Shown here piece after piece: positions 13,101 through 27,109 of a stretch of 64,000 nt of DNA (positions are counted from its first letter, which is position 1; each line of letters starts with the position of its first letter). The notes under the pieces were generated by a model. It had not been told where the DNA came from and ran no database searches. It was given only the letters and a program-made list of their open reading frames with translations. This stretch comes from Lophium mytilinum (Eukaryota), in contig MU004184.1 in NCBI GenBank assembly GCA_010093605.1, forward strand, positions 1,312,801 through 1,376,800. Reading direction: 5' to 3'. The position numbers and the translations under genes are program-made.

Positions 13101-15199
13101 AGGATTGTAGTGCTCGCGACCACTTTGCACACCATGTTGGAAGCCTGATGAAGGACGATTAACATTCAAAGGGGCGGGTGCTGGCGGAGTTGGCCATCCG
13201 TCCACACTGACTGCAGAGCCAGTGGCTGCAAATGGAGGGGACGGGGCGGTTGGAAGCTCCACGCTATCCAAATGATGCGGCTCCTCTTTACCCTTCGCAC
13301 CGAAGATCTCCTCGTCATCAATCTCATCCTCCGGAGATCCAAAGTGCTCCCAGTCGGATGGGCCTCCCATGCCTAACGCAGAAGCCGCAACAGCGGGCGC
13401 CGGCGGCGACGGCCCTCTCTGTACTGGCGTGCCCGTCTTGCTGCTATACGAAGCCGGCTTCCTGCTCATGATCGAGCTGATCGAGTCCGTTCGACCCAGA
13501 GCGCCACCACCCTGCCCTGCTCCGAACACGCTGTTTCGCTTCTGGTGTATCGGCGAAACAGGATCGTTGTGTGAGGCAGGAGGGCTCTGCTCAGTATGGG
13601 CGTTGAAAAGGTGCTGCGTAGCCTGTGCCTGTAATTGACCATGAACAGGCTTCGGGGCTTGGATAGATTGGTCTTGCCCACCTTGCTGATGTCCTTGCGT
13701 TTGCCAGTTCGGCTGGGGTGCTGGCTGAGAAGCATTGCCGTATGGCGCCGGGATTGGCGGTTGCTGAGGTACGTTTTGGGCTACATACCCCTGACCTACA
13801 CTCTGGTGTGCATTCCAAGCGTTTGCTCCTTGTGGTAGAAACTGTTGCCCAGGTTGCTGAATTGCACTTTGTTGAAATTGCTGAGCATTCTGTTGAAACT
13901 GATTCTGTGGGATGGGCTGGCCGTATTGCTGATTTTGGGGCGGCGACTGGACTTGCTGGCCGAATTGCTGGCCTTGAGGCAGCGATTGAACCTGCTGGCC
14001 GAGTTGTTGTGGCGGTTGCTGGAATTGATTGAACCCTTGTTGGCCTTGTTGAGTTGGGACTGGCTGCTGGGCTTGAAACTGCTGCCCTCCTTGAAAGCCA
14101 TGTGGAGCCCCTGGCTGAAATTGAGGCTGCGGGTTCGGCTTCGTATATCTAAATTTCTTAGCACCACCCTGTCCCGGAGGGTGCTGCGCTTGGCTCCAAG
14201 CAGGGATATCTGGAGGCGGTGGCACATAAACGCCGGGCAGAGGGTTCGTGTTGGCAGGCATATACGACTGAACTCCTTGCCCGGTGAGAGATGGGGGGAT
14301 ATACGTAGGGTGCTGCTCGTCTGGGCTCAGGACTGTTTGGGGTGGGGTTTGAATAACCGCGGATTGAGGAGTAGAGTAAGTTCCTGATGGGTTCGAGCCA
14401 TATATTGAGGTTGGCCTGTTCGTAGCAGGTGGGAAATATGACCCTCCAGGAGTAGCAGAAGGCGGAGGAGGGGCTGCTGTATTGTAGGATTGTGGAGGAG
14501 CAGGTTGGCCTTGAATACCGCTATGTTGTGGCTGTTGACCTGGGTACCCACCCTGTTGGCCTTGCTGGTTGAATTGCGCAGGCTGGGCTTGTGCTTGGAA
14601 GTTCTGAGCAGGCTGTTGCATGTTATATGCCGGCTGTTGGTTCCAGTTTTGAGAATTTTGCGCAGGTGGTTGCATGCCCCCCTGAAATTGGCTGGGTTTT
14701 GGTGGTGGAGGAGGGGCATTGCCCTGCGATTGATTCTGAGGCTACAGTTGATAGATCATTAGCTATGTACTCGACCTCCGTCCCATTACGGTCGCTTACT
14801 GGAATTGCTCCCTGAGCAGACTGTGTATACCCCCCTGGCATTGCCCCATACGTTCCTGGATTATAGCCGCCAGCCGGCTGTTGCTGACTTGGAACTTGCT
14901 GTGGTGCTTGCGGGTTCTGACCCCACGCCTGCTGGGCAGGAGGTTGATTCCACTGCTGCATTGGGGGCGGGCTTTGTGTGGGAGGAGCCCACTGAGTCTG
15001 ATTCACAGGAGGGGATGTCGGGGACTGGAAGCCTTGAGGCGCTACACAGCTTGTTAGCAGGTAGTCTGCCAGTTACGCATTAGAGAGCTGAAACCTTACC
15101 TCCGTATGCTGGTGGGGGAGCTGGCTGTCCTGCAAATGATGTTGTACTTCCTGGCCGCTGGTAACCTCCTTGCTGGCCAGGATTTGCGTACGGCTGCAT
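10101..15199 (-). CDS. Large hypothetical protein (~1650 aa): Q/P-rich N-terminus, tandem coiled-coil repeat, helical C-terminus
   Basis: The 1524-aa ORF is extended by two upstream exons (ATG at 15199, GTAAG donors near 15099 and 14799) that splice in frame. Confidence 0.85.
12436..12700 (-). repeat. Coding tandem repeat, 51 bp (17 aa, QLAQVTAERDRLAQENS-like) x5
   Basis: Directly visible in the translation: LAKVTTERDRLAEENSQ / LARVTAERDRLAQQNSQ / LDQVTEERDRLKQENSQ / LAQVTAERDRLAQENSR / LAQVAEERDRLAQENSR. Confidence 0.9.
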
Positions 15200-16171
15200 T
15201 ATTAGTAGGTGTTCAGAGGGCGGCTAAGGCCTCCCTGTAAATCTGCGCGTCGTCCTGGTCGTGATGGCTGACGCCGGGGTGCAGCAGGGGTATGAATAGG
15301 AGCAGTACAGCAGGGAGACTCCTAAGAACTCAATGCAGGTGTGATATGGAAAGCAGAACACGCGACAATGTGCAAAAGACAGCAGCGAGGCAGTGGGGAA
15401 TGCAACGGGAGAGGTGCTGCGCGAGGCTGAGGGCTGAAAAGTGCCAAGCTCAAAGCCAACAGCCGTCGTCTATCATGCCTCTAAAAATACACTACTGGGC
15501 AGGTAGCGTGGACCCTGGCCCGCCCCGAGCGTCAACGTTAGTGGCCTGGTGCTCTCAATTCACTACAAGCCGCTTCATGGAATATCTGGGGAAACAGTGT
15601 ATTGATTGATGCTAAGTCTGCATCTATTCTGTGTGAAGTCTCTCCCCTGATTGTAGGACTTCGAGTCGCTTCCAGCAATCTGGCCAAGACGGCAGGTTCA
15701 TCGCTCTAAACAATCTTCACATTCGCTGACCTAGCAGATTCCTCCCATGTTCAGACCTGTTGACTTTCGTCTTGCCTAGAGCTGTGAACCATTATTGTTG
15801 CCCTGCAGACAGAGACAGTAGTCATAAGCAGTCGCCCTTCTGGGTTCGTATTGAATTCAGGGCATTCTCTTCTAATTCATGTGCTGTGAGTCGGGGTGTA
15901 TAGTGTACATGTATGCTCCAGACCTGAGGCCTCGAGGAGCACAGTGAATGGTCCTCTCCTGCTTTTCGGGTCTGGAGGAGTCAGGAGTAAGCTCGAGGCA
16001 GTTAGTTTATGAAAAATTTGACTTCGGGGGTGGATTGCTCGCTGAAGACTGGCAAGGGGACGATTCATATATCCACGACGTTCTTTGCCGCAGCACAAGT
16101 GAGACCGCCCGCAAACATAAGTCGACATGAATTGAGGTGTTCTGCGTGTCGTTGAGGTCGCCAAAGCATCC

Positions 16172-17752
16172 CTAGGGTCGAGCCATCATTTCACTGACCG
16201 CCTCAACAAGCATGCTCTCAAATCGAGGCACACCTACTGGTGCGTCGCCAAGCGCGGTGAGGTTCGTTCGCAAGCGCTCGACAGGGCCAAGAGGCAAGTT
16301 TCGCAACTGGCTGGCCTCCACGTTCTCGCCGCCGTCCAGATATCTGATCCATCCTGCTGCAGTAGATGGTGGGGGTCCTGGCCCGTATCTGATAGGCAAC
16401 CGGGCTCTAGAAAGGAATCTCGGAGGCGGCTCTACCAAAGTCTTGCGACACTTGGGGCAGGTGATCGACCTCTTCTCGACCTTGCACGTGTTGCACCAGT
16501 TGTTCAAGCAGTCTTCACCAAAGACGTGCTTGCAGGGCAGCTCGACCGCAATTTCCTCGTCTTCGCATGGGGTGACCAGTTTCAGGGAGTACTCTTTGAC
16601 GCAAATCTCGCACTCTGTGTCAGCGCCTTCTGGAAGCTCGCTCAGGACCATCTTCTTCAGTCCTGATTTGAAGGCATTGATCTGGGCATCAGAAACGGTA
16701 GGAGGGCTTGCGGCGGCCCTCTGGCGTGCAGCTAAGATTCCCCGTCGTTCTCGCAGTGCGTCGAGATTTTCCATGGCATCGAAGCGTCCATATTCACGTC
16801 GCATTCTCTCGAACTCTTCGCGCCGCGAAGAAATTCCGCGCCTAGAGAGGCCGTCAAAGTAGTCAAGGCCATCCTCTGAGGAGTCTGAGGAGAATAACTC
16901 AGGAGCCGAAAACGGGTCCGGGCGCTGCGAATGTGGTGTTGGCGCTCCACCGTTACTGGCATGGCGCTGTCGTTGTGAAGTTGGATCGAGATCTTCGCTG
17001 TCTCTTCGCTGTCTGGTCACTTCTCGCCGCCGCTGCATTGCAAGCTCGTGCGAATCAGCACGCACGTTGGGATCCTCCGAAGGAGCTGGTGGGAGCGGAG
17101 GTCGGCTGAATCTAGTGAAATTGGCGTATCGGTGTGTCGAGAATCCTGATCTCGTCTCGTCGCTGACACTATGCCGTCGGTCGTCAGGAGTTCCCGTGTT
17201 GGATCTCTGGCTGTTTGCACGAGCTCGCTCTCTCGGATTCCCAGTTTGAGCACTCTGTAAGCTGGCTGAGCTGCCACGCCCGATTTCATCTCTGCTGGCA
17301 GTTGGCCGAGAAGGGTCGTACTCCGGTGCCGTGAACGGAGACGGCGTAAAGTGAGGAAGAGCATACTGAGGATGCATGAGACCGAAATGATGCGAGCCGT
17401 CACTCTGTGATGCTAGGGGATAGGTAGGCGGCAGATACATAGAGGGCCGATAGCTATCAGGATATGGGAAAGGGGGAGGGGGGAAAGGAGGCTGTTGTCC
17501 GCTCATGGCCAAGAAGTCCAGCGGAGTGGGGTGACCTGGAGGCGCGTATGCTGTCGGTCTACCGAACCTCTGCGGCTGAGAGAAGTTGCTACGGCCGAAG
17601 TACTGTGGCTGAAGCTGCTGAGACTGCTGCTCGGGCATCGGCCAGGCTGGCATCTCGTGACCTGGGATAGCTCCGGCGGAGGTAGATGGATCAGTCGCGC
17701 TGGGACGCGGGGGACGGCCAAGCGGCTGGTCGTGAGACGGGAGGCCCGACAT
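16172..17752 (-). CDS. RING finger protein (putative E3 ubiquitin ligase) with a disordered N-terminus
   Basis: 526-aa ORF with CEIC...LPCKHVFGEDC...W...CPKCR. Confidence 0.85.
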   Translation of the reverse strand: MSGLPSHDQPLGRPPRPSATDPSTSAGAIPGHEMPAWPMPEQQSQQLQPQYFGRSNFSQPQRFGRPTAYAPPGHPTPLDFLAMSGQQPPFPPPPFPYPDSYRPSMYLPPTYPLASQSDGSHHFGLMHPQYALPHFTPSPFTAPEYDPSRPTASRDEIGRGSSASLQSAQTGNPRERARANSQRSNTGTPDDRRHSVSDETRSGFSTHRYANFTRFSRPPLPPAPSEDPNVRADSHELAMQRRREVTRQRRDSEDLDPTSQRQRHASNGGAPTPHSQRPDPFSAPELFSSDSSEDGLDYFDGLSRRGISSRREEFERMRREYGRFDAMENLDALRERRGILAARQRAAASPPTVSDAQINAFKSGLKKMVLSELPEGADTECEICVKEYSLKLVTPCEDEEIAVELPCKHVFGEDCLNNWCNTCKVEKRSITCPKCRKTLVEPPPRFLSRARLPIRYGPGPPPSTAAGWIRYLDGGENVEASQLRNLPLGPVERLRTNLTALGDAPVGVPRFESMLVEAVSEMMARP

Positions 17753-19060
17753 GCTCGTTCTGTTTGGAGAGCAAGGCTAGCAGTTGGTGGCGGCTGGCAA
17801 AGGAGCTGTTGCGGGGTGGCTGAGGGGGGAGGAGTGCGAAGGAACGTGGGTTGAGGTTGGAGCGAGGGGCAGCACTCGTGTCGTGAACTTGGAACGAGAG
17901 AAGCCACGGTCGGAGGCGGCAAGCTGAGCGAGCGGGCGGCTTCACCGGAAAGGCGCTGGCGAAATGAATGTCCGTTTGTTGATGGATGGGGCGAGTGCTG
18001 TCGCTACCCGCAACCTCTAGGACTCTCGACGAGGCCAGGCCGTACTCGCCGTGCGTCCCTTTGGTGGCGATGGAGGCCGTTCTTCCTGCTGCTGGTCGAG
18101 AGGCACGGCGTTCTGGTCGTCAGCAGCAGCGGAGAAGGAGATATGGAAGTGGAGGACAGACAATGGGTTTAAGTAGGTTGAAGCAGGCTCGAGGAAGGAG
18201 GGGGCCGTAAGGCTGAGCGGGCGACATCACACATAGTCACACGCGCATGGCATGAATGGGAAACGCACCGACTCACACTGTGCCGACACTGTGCTTCGGC
18301 CTCCAATCTGCGCCAGACAGCAGAGCCCCGGAGAGCTGCAGCGCCGCCAGGACCCGTTGTCTAGGCGTTGCTGACCTCCGATGTAGCTGTGCATCTCGTT
18401 CTGGCCACAAGCTTGGTTCCACCCGTCTCAGGCCTGAGACGCAGGCGGACCATTCACCAGCAAGAGGACGGCGGCAGGTCGCCATGCAGCATGCCTGAGC
18501 GCGCAAAGTCGGGCTGCAGACTCACCTGGAGGACAGGCAGACAGACAGATGGCATTGATAGCGGCCGGACAATGTCTGGCGGTAAGGGAGCAATTTATAT
18601 CAGCGAGGGAGGACCATGCTCAGTGCATTGCTCGAGCTAGAGAGCTAGCGTATGCTGCTACCGCTCCGCCTCCAGGTGCATTTCCGTGGTTCACGACGCA
18701 GAATACGGGCATCTGCAATGTATTCGAGTCCTGGCCAGAGGGACACGCCGTGAGGCACCGTCGCAGCCTATCTAAATCCGCGTATCCGCAGCTGTGGCCT
18801 CCGCGCTCGCAAGCCTCACGCATCAATGGATACCAGGCCGATTATACTGCCGCGCTTGGCAGCCGAATTGCTGCTTTAGAGCCCTGTCGCTCCGGGACTC
18901 TCCGCGTGTCCGAGTGTTTTTTTGCTGCATCCCGAGCAGCTTCGGGAGCGGCTTCATCGCAGCAGTGTATACAAGCAAGACTGCGCTCGCGGACGTCGCC
19001 TGTCAGCGTCACAGTTGCTTCATTTGCATTTTTCTCTAAATTCGCTCAATCGAGACAGAA

Positions 19061-20803
19061 ATGCTTCGGTCCGCTGCAACAAAGCTCCGGCCTACCGAGG
19101 GGCTCCTCCGCCCAGCTATCCCACTTCCACATGCCAGATCCAGCTGCGCACCTACACTATTAATCCGGTCGCAACGATCCTTGACGACTTCTTGCAGACC
19201 GACATTAATATCCGCAACTGCTGTCTTCCGCTGTTCAGCAGAACTCCCGACCTTCTATCCTACCCCGCGAACCTTTGCAACTACCTCCAGTATGGCCGCA
19301 TCCACAAGAGCCGAATCGGACGCCTTTGGAGTGGTCCAGGTACCCTCCGACAAGTACTGGGGTGCTCAGACGGAGCGGTCGCTGGAGAATTTCAAGATCA
19401 ACCAGCCTCAGGACCGCATGCCTCCGCCCATCGTTCGGGCCTTCGGAATCCTCAAGGGCGCGGCAGCTACTGTGAATATGAAGTTCGGACTGGGTAGGCA
19501 TGCAAACACCGTTTAGATATGCTAGGCTAATTGAAGCTGTGTCCAAGACCCCACCATAGGCAAGGCGATTCAACAAGCTGCTGAGGAGGTCGCTTCTCTC
19601 AAGCTTGTCGACCATTTCCCGCTCGTCGTCTGGCAGACTGGCTCCGGCACGCAATCGAACATGAACGCCAACGAAGTCATTTCGAACCGCGCCATTGAGA
19701 TACTAGGGGGCCAGATGGGCTCCAAGAAACCGGTACATCCAAACGACCACGTGAATATGTCTGCATCTTCGAACGATACCTTCCCCACCGTCATGCACAT
19801 TGCAGCCGTTCTTGAACTCGAGGAGCAGCTCATTCCCGCTCTGAAGAGCTTGCGCGATGCGCTTCACAAAAAGAGCCAGCAATTCGAACACGTTATCAAG
19901 ATTGGACGCACACATCTCCAAGACGCGACACCGTTGACTTTGGGCCAGGAGTTTTCTGGATATGTCACACAGCTGGAATATGGCGTTGAGAGAGTCCAGA
20001 CAGCGCTCCCGCGTCTAAAGATGCTTGCGCAAGGAGGCACCGCTGTTGGCACTGGTCTCAACACCTTCAAGGGATTCGACGAGGCGATTGCAACCGAAGT
20101 TAGCAAAATGACCGGGCATGAATTTGTGACAGCACCAAACAAGTTCGAAGCACTAGCTGCTCACGACGCTATTGTGGAGGCGTCCGGACAACTGAACACC
20201 CTCGCTGTGTCTCTGTTCAAGATCGCTCAAGACATCCGTTTCCTCGGGTCTGGCCCGCGATGTGGTCTTGGAGAGCTGAAACTACCAGAGAATGAACCAG
20301 GCTCATCCATCATGCCCGGAAAGGTCAATCCAACCCAGTGCGAGTCCATGACTATGCTATGTACGCAGGTGTTTGGCAATCACGCCGCCGTTACGTTTGC
20401 CGGATCCCAAGGAAACTTCGAGCTCAACGTCTTCAAGCCAGTGATGATCAGGAATCTGCTTCACAGCGCAAGGCTGCTAGCAGATGGTATGCAGAGCTTT
20501 GAGAAGAACCTAGTCGCGGACATGGAGGCCGACGAGAAACGGATTGGAGCTCTGCTACATGAGAGGTAACTGTTCCCCTGATATCCTCAAAGAACCCTTC
20601 TCTAACAAAATCGCAGTCTCATGCTGGTCACTTGCCTGAACCCCATCATCGGCTACGATATGGCTTCCAAGGTTGCCAAGAATGCCCACAAGAAGGGCAC
20701 GACGCTGAAGGAGAGCGCAATGGAGCTAGAAGCTCTGAGCTCGGAGGACTTCGATAAGTACGTGCGGCCGGAGCTGATGATTGCACCTAAAGAAAAGAAG
20801 TGA
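19061..20803 (+). CDS. FUM1: Class II fumarate hydratase, mitochondrial precursor
   Basis: Signature [11 protein letters not shown], plus [10 protein letters not shown] and [11 protein letters not shown]. Introns 19494-19547 and 20566-20616. R/S/L/T-rich presequence followed by a second Met at 19292. Confidence 0.97.
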
Positions 20804-20963
20804 ATGCGAAAATTATGATATCACGTAGAACAGCGCCTGTAAAAAGTAGAAGCATTGTAGTGTAGTTACTCAAAAACATGTTCCGCCGATTAGAGTATCA
20901 AGCTAGTTTGAACGTGAGAAATGAGGTCTGATACCCAGGCGATGATATGCGACCAGGATTCCA

Positions 20964-21025
20964 GTCACGTGTATTTCCCGCTTAGCGTGCTAGCGTGTTT
21001 TACGCGTCTCCCGCGTTCGCGGAAA
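20964..21025 (+). promoter_or_regulatory. SMC5 promoter elements: E-box GTCACGTG and MCB-like ACGCGT/CGCG boxes
   Basis: GTCACGTG at 20964-20971, ACGCGT at 21002-21007 and further CGCG motifs, about 80-135 bp upstream of the SMC5 ATG. Consistent with G1/S (MBF-type) regulation. Confidence 0.5.
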
Positions 21026-21099
21026 TCGCATTGGACCCCCCTCACCTATGACCTCCTGAACTCTGCCCTCAGCCTCATCACCAACACCAGCAGTGCACC

Positions 21100-24802
<3,703 letters not shown>

Positions 24803-25117
24803 TGTTACGTATGGATGGTATGACATCGATGAGTATTTCTCAATTTGGTGTTTGAGCGGGTTGGGAGGATACTGCAGTATATTTGGTGGGTCCAACAGGT
24901 GGAAATACTGCGGTATAGGCAAGCGCGAATATCCCATTGTCGACTTTATCGTAGCACCAAGTATGTTTGTTACCTTTCGGCGAGGGCGTAAATGCAGGTA
25001 CACGGCAGAGTTAGGATAGATACTAGGTATTTAGCCTACATTCAATCAGCTGACATGTTCACCACTTCCCCCTTAAATTCGATGCTGATGTGATACAGCC
25101 AATTAGTCCTCCGCTTC

Positions 25118-25527
25118 AATAGACTCCCATCAGAGCCACCTACCGCATATGTAGTGTAGTCATCCCAATGGAGCTGCCCACCATACCTACGTGTCCGACG
25201 AGCCCCGATCCAGGCATACAAGCGGAGCAAACCCCTTCACCGTAAATCTCGTGCGAGCTAACAAGATCAGCAATTTTCGTATCCCGCGACCAATCGGTAC
25301 CGCCGGCGGGGATCGTACATACATGATTCCGGCCGGGAGGATCGTGCCGTGCCTTTTGCCGCGTGGATCGGTAAGCTTACCGGTGTTATGGCCAAGCATG
25401 CTTCTATTGGTGATACGACCTTTCGGTCTCACAAACCGCTCTGTACTACGTAAAGAACGGGTTTCGTGAAACTGAAAGCTCCAAAATTTTCTCTGCGATG
25501 CCGGGAGAGTGACCATGACACGGCATG
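25118..25527 (-). ncRNA. Candidate structured non-coding RNA, family unassigned (H/ACA-like boxes)
   Basis: A series of long helices that pair best on the minus strand through G-U wobbles. AUAACA and ACA directly flank the largest stem. No convincing ORF. Confidence 0.45.
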
Positions 25528-25704
25528 GAGTAGCCCAAAACGACACCTCCTATTCCGCGTCAAGACACGATTGAATAAATAGCAGCCGTGCTGATTGCCT
25601 TCCCTTTTGTTCATCACGTTCGCTTTCTCTAGGCTTTTCAAACAGTCCTGTAAACTTGGTTCTCATCTCCCCTAAGACCCGAGTTCTATCGAAGTTTCTA
25701 CATA

Positions 25705-26326
25705 ATGCAACTCCTCTACCTCCTCCTCTCCTCCCTCCTCATCCTCCCTACCCTAGGCAATCCAATTGTCCCCCGCTCCAACACCATCACCGCCCCCAAA
25801 TCTGAGACTTGGCACATCTCAGCCTTCACAGCACACTTTATGGGCGACAGCTCCGGCCTCCCCGGCGGCGCCTGGCCCCCAAACTCCGCCTTCAACACAA
25901 CCCTCTCCTTCACGCTCAAATTCCCCGACAACACGACCTCTTCCTGCGCCGCGACGTTCCAGGAACCCGGCACACCAGCAGCGTACACGGTCTGCGAGCG
26001 CCGGGCCGACGGGAGTGTGGTTGAACTCAAGGTCAAGAAAGCGCACGCGGCGAAGACGAAATGGGCGTTGTATAACTTTGAGTTGAGTGTTGTGAAGGAG
26101 GGGGGAGTGAGGTGAGTTTATGTTGGGGTTGCTGGAATGGGCGCGGGTGCTGATGCGTTCTGATAGGGCACCGATGAAGGGAAAGAGGCATATTTCGTCG
26201 AATAATGCTGCGACCGATGAGGATAGTTATCTGACGTGCTTGACGTACGCGCCGTTGACAGGGGTACAGTGTCAGTTGGGAGGTGTTGTGGGGAAGAGTG
26301 GGCCGATTGAGGTTGTTGCGGTGTGA
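25705..26326 (+). CDS. Small secreted protein with 4 Cys, Alt a 1 (AA1)-like effector candidate
   Basis: Signal peptide MQLLYLLLSSLLILPTLG. Intron 26112-26166 joins the two ORFs in frame. W-x-I, SFTL and paired Cys pattern suggest a beta-barrel AA1-like fold (inference). Confidence 0.8.
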
Positions 26327-27109
26327 GGCAGCATACCTGGGCGACTTGCCGATTTAGGGGGTGGATTAGATTGATTGAGGGTGGTGGTGTGAAGCAAGTT
26401 GAAGGTAATGGTAGCAGATTTCGGTGTCGGTAAATGGATTGAGGGCATTGTTATGTACAGAAAAGGCGGATTGGCAGTATATAATAAAGTTAAAACTAGA
26501 TGTGGATTCAACCTCTCTCACCTGAGAGTCCCGATTAAAAGAGATGCTCTTGGAACTAGCTAACCTCGAGGGCTCTTCAACTCACTTACGTTACGGCTAG
26601 TGGCTGGAGGTCTCCTTATCTATCGACTGCTTCGTATCATCTCCTTCGGCAACTACTTCATGACTCCATTAAAGGAATCTCTTCTTCTTCTTCCCCTCTC
26701 GTTTCTCTAATCACCATTCAGGTCCTCTGCTCTTCCATGCCTCAAGCACCCTTCTTACTCCACCAAATTTCTTCTTTCATAGTCCTCCATAACTATCTCC
26801 AATGATTACTTGCGGTTCTCTCTTCCAGTTACTTCATCCACCGTTCGTAACTCACCAGTCATCTTTTGCACCTCTCACCTCCTCTCACTCATTTGAGACT
26901 GGGCGACAAATCTTGATCCACTTTCGAAAATCTTCAGTACACCTAGCTCTTTCATCTTGACCGACCTGATACTTCGCTGGGGCATCTCAAGCAGCGGCAG
27001 GCGAGGGTGGAGATTGCATCGCTCTTCTCCTCCACTACTCCACCTCTATCACCTCACCAAAATCAAGCTTTAAGCACCCCGTACCTTCTCATCACCACTA
27101 CAGCGAACG

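Noticed and set aside
18549..19497. ORFs of 204 and 191 aa upstream of and overlapping FUM1
   Set aside because: No protein-like motifs; they cover the promoter and alternative frames of FUM1.
25318..25420. Fragments resembling 5S rRNA, U5 loop or RNase MRP (ACATAC, GCCGGGAGG, GCCTTTTG, CGGGGCTC)
   Set aside because: Matches are only 6-9 nt, with the wrong spacing or mismatches in invariant positions.
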